Shown here one piece after another: positions 55,871 through 64,000 of a stretch of 64,000 nucleotides of DNA. The notes beneath the pieces are model-generated. The model worked only from the letters and a program-made list of their open reading frames with translations. It was not told the DNA's origin and did not search any database. Positions within the stretch are counted from its first letter, which is position 1. Each line of letters begins with the position of its first letter. The translations under genes were made by a program, and so were the position numbers. The stretch comes from Octopus sinensis (taxonomy: Eukaryota), in contig NC_043021.1 in the NCBI RefSeq assembly GCF_006345805.1, forward strand, positions 26,660,001 through 26,724,000. The letters are read 5' to 3'.

Positions 55871-56395
55871 TTGGGTCATCCCATAAATAATGCAGTTTTT
55901 TTATACTTCTTTTATTTTTCAGTATTAAGATAAACAAAGTTCTTTTTTAATCTAAAATGTACTCTCCTTCATTTTCTGTAATGCTCTTCCATCTATCTGG
56001 TAGACTTGCAAGGCCCCTCTTCCAAAATTCACTTGTCTGTGACAAAAAATACTGTTCTGACTTTGTCTACAGAATTCATATTATTTCCATCCAAATGATT
56101 TTGAAGACTGCAGAATAAATGATAATCAGGTGGGGCAATGTCCGGCGAATATGGTGGGTGGAGCATTGTTTGCCAATCAAAACTACTCCAGTGTTTGGAA
56201 TGTCATCCTCACTGTATGTGGTCAAGCATTATCCTGATGGAAGAACAGCTTTGGTCTTGAAACCAAAGATGGTCATTTTTCTTCTAGTGCTGACTTAAGC
56301 CACTCAAGCTGCCCACACTAGATCTCCTTTGTTATCATTTGGTTTGGGCTTAAATGTTCAAAGTGGAGTAAACCTTTCATATCCTACCAAACAGA
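55871..56395 (-). mobile_element. mariner transposon 3' half, decayed, with terminal inverted repeat
   Basis: Minus-strand VW*DMKGLLHFE..., HQDNA..., HPPYSPDIAPPDYHLF (56122-56151), ...DRWKSITENEGEYILD*. TIR-like TTGGGTCATCCCATAAATAATGC next to TA at 55869-55870. Confidence 0.88.
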
Positions 56396-56780
56396 TAACA
56401 GCACCTTACATGGGTGAAGACCTTCTTTAGCCTGGGGTGCCAGTATTTCTCCTTTCCCTACCTACTGTGCACAGGTAGAAAATGGTTGAGAACCACCATT
56501 GTACATCGTCTTCATTATGACAAAGTCCTCTTTTTCCATGACTTCATGGATCAAACAGAATTCACTGAGGCAGATTTACTACAGCTGACTGGATACCCTT
56601 CCTGTCACCGACCCTTACTTGCATTCCAAGTAATGTTTCTTCATGCCAGAACATGTTTTTCATGGAAGACTGGAAGTAAATAATACTGTATGATGGTGGC
56701 AGACACTCGTTTAAAATTGCCATCTGAGACAAAGAAGCACAACGCTCACCATATACACACACATATATACACATATGTGT

Positions 56781-57173
56781 GGAGGTGCAATGGCCCAGTG
56801 GTTAGGGCAGTGGACTCGTGGTCATAGGATCGCGGTTTCGATTCCCAGACCGGGCGTTGTGAGTGTTTATTGAGCGAAAACACCTAAAGCTCCACGAGGC
56901 TCCGGCAGGGGATGGTGGTGATCCCTGCTGTACTCTTTCACCACAACTTTCTCTCACTCTTACTTCCTGTTTCTGTTGTACCTGTATTTCAAAGGGCCGG
57001 CCTTGTCACTCTCTGTGTCACGCTGAATATCCCCGAGAACTACGTTAAGGGTACACGTGTCTGTGGAGTTCTCAGCCACTTACATGTTAATTTCATGAGC
57101 AGGTTGTTCCGTTGATTCGGATCAACCGGAACCCTCGTCGTCGTAACCGACAGAGTGCTTCCAAAAAAAAAAA
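56781..57173 (+). mobile_element. Well-preserved tRNA-derived SINE with A-rich tail
   Basis: A-box TGGCCCAGTGG at 56791, B-box GGTTTCGATTCC at 56834, oligo-A at 57163. An inverted sister copy lies at 22470-22823. Confidence 0.85.
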
Positions 57174-57268
57174 TACACATACGTTCATTAATTAACATCT
57201 TCCTACTCTACATAACAAGATTATATCAACTGATTTATCCCATACTACTTTAGCTGTAGGGATTATAG

Positions 57269-57619
<351 letters not shown>

Positions 57620-58192
57620 CCAATTATAAGGGTGGGGTAGTGGGGCCGGTGGGGATGGAGTGTGGTTTGTTATTCTCCTTCTGTAAAATTCAATATCATC
57701 GTCATCATCATCATCAATGTCGTTGTCATCATCATTATTATCATTAACGATCATCCTTGTCATAATTATTGTCATCGCAACAGTGATAGGGAGGGACATT
57801 CTAAACTGACTGGAAACTTACCTCATCTTTCGTTATGAGCACAGAATAAGGACTGCCAAGGCAGAAGATAACCCCCCAGGGTTTGGATTAGGGTGAGAGG
57901 CAGTAGTAGTGGTGGTGGTGGTCGTAGTAATTGCTGCTGTGCATCAATATATGTTATAGCCATGACACTTGAATGTATATTATGTATATATATATATATA
58001 TATATACATACACTCTGTTAATTATATACATACTTACACAAAAACATGTATGTAGTACATACTATCTCTTTTTTGTATGTGTGAGTTTGTGCGTGTGTAT
58101 ACACATACATACATCTTTACACACACAACATGCATATGCAAATAATGTTAACAAACCAGTAATTTATTAATTAGATTAGCTCTCAAGAATAC

Positions 58193-58600
58193 ATTAAATA
58201 TGCAAATCAGTCAATCCGAGTTAATTAAGGCCTTGATATTAGCAATTTAGTATCTGTTTAAACAATGTGTGTCCATGGACAGTTAAAGTGGGTCAGTACT
58301 TGAGTCGCTAATGAAATCCCAACATAGGATTGAAACTAGTCCTGCAGAGATTTGTTTTTTTTAAATTTTTTTTTCTTCACAAAGAAACTGTATATAAAGC
58401 CCCTAGGTGTTTACATCTGTCTATTTCATATATATATATCTATATATATATATATATATATACATACATAGTTTTAATTAAAATTTATAGATATGTTCTT
58501 ATTGTACAGTATAGCTGTAAACAGAACACTGCTTATGCAGCTGTTGTTCAGGTGTGTTTGCATGTTGAAGATGCACATGTTGTGTGTGAGGATGTGTGTG

Positions 58601-58644
<44 letters not shown>

Positions 58645-58690
58645 GTGATATGTAATATATCATGTACAATATATAAATATATACAGAATG

Positions 58691-58727
<37 letters not shown>

Positions 58728-58802
58728 ATATATATATATATATACATATATTGCATTTTTCATTCTCTTCTATTTTTCTTTATAAAAGCAAACAAAAATA
58801 AA
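58193..58802 (+). other. Candidate polyadenylation signals of Su(H): ATTAAA 58193, ATTAAA 58477, AATAAA 58797
   Basis: Hexamers noticed downstream of the stop codon. The DNA is AT-rich, so these are weakly diagnostic. Confidence 0.25.
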
Positions 58803-58929
58803 AATCAATCACAGGAATTTAAGAACTAATAATCAATATTGTGAATTGGAAAAAAATTGAAGAAAGTTGATAAAATATGAGAACAACAAAAACTGATTTC
58901 TTTTATTATATTTTTACTTTAATAATTCC

Positions 58930-58969
<40 letters not shown>

Positions 58970-59494
58970 TATCCTGTGGTAATTGGTGCACTTGCACAAC
59001 AGCCAAGCTGAAGAACACTGGAAATGAGACTTGCATTGTTGATTTGTGCCATTCTGTATTCTGTAAGCATCCTGATAAAGAATCTTGGGATTTGAGGTGA
59101 CATGTTGTCACCCACCCTCAAGAGAATGTCTCTGCTAACCAAAGCAGCAAATCATAGATTCCTAACAATAAACATAATCACAGTGGTCCCTGATTTAGAC
59201 ACAAAGCGAGCAATTTTAAAAGGAAGATGTTATTTCATAGCTTAAGCTTTCTAACCCCCAATATCTGACTGGTATGTTATTTTATTGGCTTCTAAAGAAT
59301 AAAAGGCAAAGTTGACCTTGATGGGATTTGAACTCAGAAGTGCAACAGCCAGAAGAAGTACGGCAAAGCATTTTTTTCTGGTACTCTAAAGATTCTTGCA
59401 GTTTGCTGGGGTTGATGAAATAGGTACCAGTTTAACAGTAATCGACTGGCCCCATCCCCTAAAAATTTCAGGCCTTGTGCCTAGAGAAGAAAGG

Positions 59495-59536
<42 letters not shown>

Positions 59537-59952
59537 GAGGTGGTGGATTGGTTGAAATGGTGGGGCCTAAAACTAAACCCTTTCAGAGTTTATGTCAATC
59601 CCTTAACAATGAAATCTTTGTTTCACCCTCCCTCTCTCTGATGCCTCTCGAATAAGAATCTGTGGTAGTGGGTGGAGGGAAACTCATTAACTTCACTTGA
59701 ACACGCTTTGCCTTTTGTCATTTAAGGGTCCGTAAGTACCAGTTGTGCACTGTGGTCAGTGTAATTGACTAGCCCCCTCACTGCAAATTTCAGGCTTTGT
59801 GCCTATAGTAGGAAGGATTATTATTATTAATCTTTCATCTGCCTTGATGTTCTGAGTTCAAATTGCACCAAGGTTGACTTTGCCTTTCATCCTTTTGGGG
59901 TCAATAAATCAAGTACCAGTGAAACACTGGGTTTGATGTAATTGACTGTTCC

Positions 59953-59999
<47 letters not shown>

Positions 60000-61267
60000 T
60001 TTAGAGTGGTGGATGGCAGAATTCTTAAGACTGTTGGTTTCCATAACCTTGTGGTATTTGTTCTGATTCTTTACGTTTTGAGTTCAAATCCCACTAAAGA
60101 CAATTTTGTCTTTCAGGGGTCGATGAAACTGCCTCACCCCCTCACCCTAAATTTGTTGGCTTTGAAGTTACCAATAAATATTGACTCTAATGATTGCTTA
60201 TTGATTTCTAAGAATTGGTTCCACAAGTCCAGCGTTTGATGTCTTCTAATTGTTAGAATCCTGATTCCAAGCTCTGTTTTACAAAGATGGCCAAAATATA
60301 TTGCAGTTCATATTCTTCAGGTTTAGCCCAAGTTAGAATGCAGCAGTAAATACATCATTACAGGTTCACTAGCAGATATGGTTGTGTGGTTAAAATGCCT
60401 GCTCTGCAACCAGGAGGTTTTGGGTTCAGTCCCACAACATGGCACCTTTAGCAAGTGCTTTTCACTACATAGCCCTAAGCCAACCAATTCCAGTGAATTT
60501 GCTACACAGAAACTGTGTGAAAGCTTGTGGTATGTGTGTGTGTGTGTGTATTTGTCACTCCCCAATGATGTTGGTTTGTTTACATCCCTGTAATTTAAAA
60601 GAGACCTATAGAATAAGCACTGGACTTTACAAAAAACATGCACTCGGTTGATTTGTTTGACTGAACCAAAACCGTTCAAGGCAGTGCTCCAGTATGGTCA
60701 CAATCCAATGAGTGAAACAAGTAAAAAACAAAATGTACTTACAGGATCCCTCGTTATAAGTTTGTAAATTAAAAACTGAGGGTGAGTAATTATTCTCTTC
60801 CTTTGGATTAGAGCTAATGCTACCATGACCACCACTACTTATATTCTGTGTTTAATATTTTTTTTGTTGATTTTTTTTTTGGCTCACATAATGTTACTTC
60901 AGAGACCAATAAAGCCAATTTCATATTCTTCACTTACTGTTATCGTTGTAAGAGTTGGCTGGGTTCCTCTGTGTTTTATATATCCATCCACCACCACCAC
61001 CACCACCACCATCACCACCACCTTGGTGTCAATATTTATTGTTTTTATTATTTTTTTTAATTAATTTCTCTAGAGTTAATTCTAGCATTGAAAAAAAAAA
61101 ATACACAGAAACATTCCAATAGAGATTGGTCTAAAAAAACAGTCTTCAATGAACTGAGTAACATTTTAAAGTAATTAATAAGTTGTGTTGCTGATTAGGA
61201 AGGGGCTATATCAGATTGTTTGCTCATATTGGCCCTCTGTAGACATTTCTGTGCATGTGTATATATG

Positions 61268-61305
<38 letters not shown>

Positions 61306-61310
<5 letters not shown>

Positions 61311-61535
61311 GTTAAACAGGATGTCAAACATTAAGGCAAGGCAAACATCTCAAGTCATATACAATATTATTATAGGAAGACATTCAAAGTCTTACAGCTG
61401 TTTCTGGGATATCCCTGAGTATGGGATATTCTCAGAAACAGCTGTAAGACATTGAATTTTTTTCCCAATAATGATAATGTATTCAACTTGAGATGTTTGT
61501 CTTGCCTTAATGTTTGTTGTCCTCTTTAACAATTA
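61306..61535. repeat. Fold-back element with ~110-bp arms, flanked by TA repeats, with a near-complete hammerhead motif
   Basis: Arms 61306-61415 and 61423-61535; CTGAGTA-TGGGA TAT TCTCA-GAAAC-AGCT-GTA at 61415-61446. Confidence 0.88.
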
Positions 61536-62166
61536 TATGTCCACTGCATCGGAAATCTGCAATGGCTCCATAACTACCATCTTGGCTTTAACCTTGGAGC
61601 CCCAGTAATCTATTACAGCACTTACCTAGCATACATAATCGTTTAGATCACCTGTGAACTAAACCCCCATACTTTGTGTGTGTGTGTGTATATATATATA
61701 TATTATATATATATATATAATACTTTTACAAGCAGATGGATGAAAGTGATTTTGAAGTTTTGGCCTGCCAGCCTTTGTCAGATTGCAAAAGTATAATAAA
61801 TATACACTTTACATAAAAGTTTTGAATAATTAAATTACTTTTATTTTAACTCAACAACAACTACAACAAAAAAGGGGAACCCAAATATTGTTTCCTAGAA
61901 TGTTGGTTCTTGAACCACGTCCCATAAACCTAAAATAACATGTAAATATTTTGTTGAAACCCATCCACACTTTTGGATAGAAAAAGTCAAAGACTGCTCA
62001 TTGGACTTGATCCCACATCCCCTGCAGACATGACAGATGTTCCACCACTGGACCAAAGCATTCCTTCAAATGTCTCTTTCCAATTTGGAAACAACTTTAT
62101 TCTTACCAGTGAGAGTCACATGTTAAGGACATCATAAGAATTCTATGACTTCAACAATGTGTGTGT

Positions 62167-62214
<48 letters not shown>

Positions 62215-64000
62215 TTCTGCAGATAAGAACAAGTTTATATTTTAGCCCCAAAGTTTCTTCAAAAGTCTTCAGACATTTGCTCATGTCTCTGGCTCATCTC
62301 ACCTGTTCACTATTCACCATTCTACCTTTTGTTGCTTATGACACATTTACAACCCAATCACATGTTTGCAAGGCTCACTCAGCTGGTGACGATGGTGGGG
62401 GTCCCTTTTTTCATTCCATGCCTTGTTGATTGTTTGAACTGAAAAGCGGCCCTTCCCTCCCACCCTCAGCTATCCAATAAACGATGTATTAAAGGAAATG
62501 AGAGTCGCCATCATTTTAATGTTTATTTTTCCGTGCTTGCATGGGTCGGACAAAATTTGTGAAGACGAATTTTCTGTTGCTGGATACCCTTCCTGTCACC
62601 AACCCTCGTTTTCAAGCAAAGTAATTATTTCCCCTTGCCAGACATGTTTTTCATGGAAGAATGGGAAGAAAGGGCTTTGCTTGTCAGGACAAGGAGATGT
62701 ACATGAGAGGCTTTTTTTCGGTCTCTGCCAACCAAATTTACTCTCAAGGCTTTGGCCTGGGGTTACAGTAGAAGACACTTCTCCAAGTTGTTGCACAAAG
62801 GGATTGAACCTGAAATCACATGGCTGGAAAGCAAACTTCTTAGCCTTGAATAAAAGCTGTCTCCCAGCTGCAGCTTCTAGAAATTTAGTGTTAATAACAA
62901 AGTGCAGAAAGCTGCCCAATGTGTGGCTGGTGGGATTGAGAGGGTATTGTACAGCTGTTCACATGTGAAGACTCTGCTACAGTTGTGTGTATCCTACCGT
63001 GGAAGTTCTCTGCGTTGCATGTCATAGCAACTCGTCTCTTATGATATAAAGCTGTTATCAGCAAGATCTTTTGGCAACAATCTTGAGGGCTTCTTTTCAA
63101 TTTATCTGAGTACATAAGGTACTCACATGCCATGCATGTGGGCGGACTTTGTGATGCTTCAAGGGTAGATAGGCACACTCTGTGACTGTACCTCCTTGTA
63201 GATGCTGCTTGTTTGAGATTTTTGCATATTGGTGCTTCAGTTTTCTGTGAAGCTCTTATTGAAGTCTGCCAAAAACTCAATTGTTTTAGTCAGAATAAAC
63301 TGTAAGAAATTCCCTTTTCAGCGTCTTGTTGAAACAGGTGTAGAGAATTTACAGCTCAGTCTATATTTTGAAGCAAAGCAATGCCTCTATCCTCTCGTTT
63401 ACTTTGCTGAACTGAAAAAAGATTAATTACTTTCCCAATTAGTTGGATGTGGAAGTTTGATTCAGACAGGTTCCCCATTCACCCATTTTTTTGCCAAATA
63501 TCAGCCTTTAAAGGTATTCAGAGTTTAGAAAACTGTCTTGTAATCCCTAAATTCCTTGCTGCGTAATTTATGAGTAAAATTAGATGGTGGTGGTGGTGGT
63601 GGTGGTGGTGGGGATGTTGGTGGTGGGGATGTTGGTGGCATTTGGCAGCGACTGAGGAGAACCTGATGTCTTGAAATATTTATGGGTCTCACCTTATAAA
63701 CTTGTTTCGTCGTCTTCCCCTCCCCTTATCTCCATCCCCACTCCATACCTGTCATTTTGTCAATGAATATTTTTGCATGTTAGAAATGTTAATGTGAACA
63801 CTGTTGAAGAAGACCACAAACAATCTTGTTATACATAGAAGGAGGGTTCTAACCCTATGCATGGCAATACTCTCCCTGAATTATAAGCAACGGGGTGGGG
63901 TGGTGGGAGAGGAAAGAATAAAAAAAACAAGAAGAGCGAAACGATTCTTCTGCTTTCAGCCCTTTATTAAAAGAAAAAAAAACGAACATTTAAGAAAAAA

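Noticed and set aside
56781-56860. tRNA gene (also ~1087, ~26064, ~26310)
   Set aside because: A and B boxes are present but there is no closing acceptor stem, and the sequence continues into repeated SINE bodies.
62891-63280. 129-aa minus-strand ORF in non-repetitive sequence
   Set aside because: No recognisable domain or splice context; it may be an old transposon remnant.

Overview
AT-rich, microsatellite-dense animal DNA. The repeat landscape is what I recognise as typical of an octopus/cephalopod genome; this is inferred, not verified. The window holds one protein-coding gene on the + strand: Suppressor of Hairless / RBPJ (the CSL transcription factor of the Notch pathway). I reconstructed it by hand as 12 coding exons (13769-57619). 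All introns are GT-AG with consistent phases, giving 1704 nt and 567 aa, and the model includes a 27-nt micro-exon missed by the ORF track. The rest is repeats: a ~3.6 kb CR1/L2-group LINE inside an (AT)n field, R4/Dong and RTE LINE remnants, a mariner remnant, Tc1- and piggyBac-type MITEs, many tRNA-derived SINEs, and simple repeats. The most unusual signal is a set of short fold-back elements from several unrelated sequence families, each built around a minimal type-I hammerhead-ribozyme motif (CUGANGA-stem II-GAAA-palindromic stem III-NUH). Three cluster in intron 1 (27.8-28.7 kb). One of them (27903-27975, sense strand) keeps a fully intact catalytic core and is preceded by its own decayed antisense copy. 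Other leads: an Inr+DPE promoter with an upstream ATG|GTAAGT exon whose acceptor choice could keep or remove a PADFS CtBP-type motif, a PPxY motif, a 21-unit E-box minisatellite in intron 10, and a G-quadruplex just after the stop codon. Repeat boundaries are approximate, and all structural and functional claims are untested.
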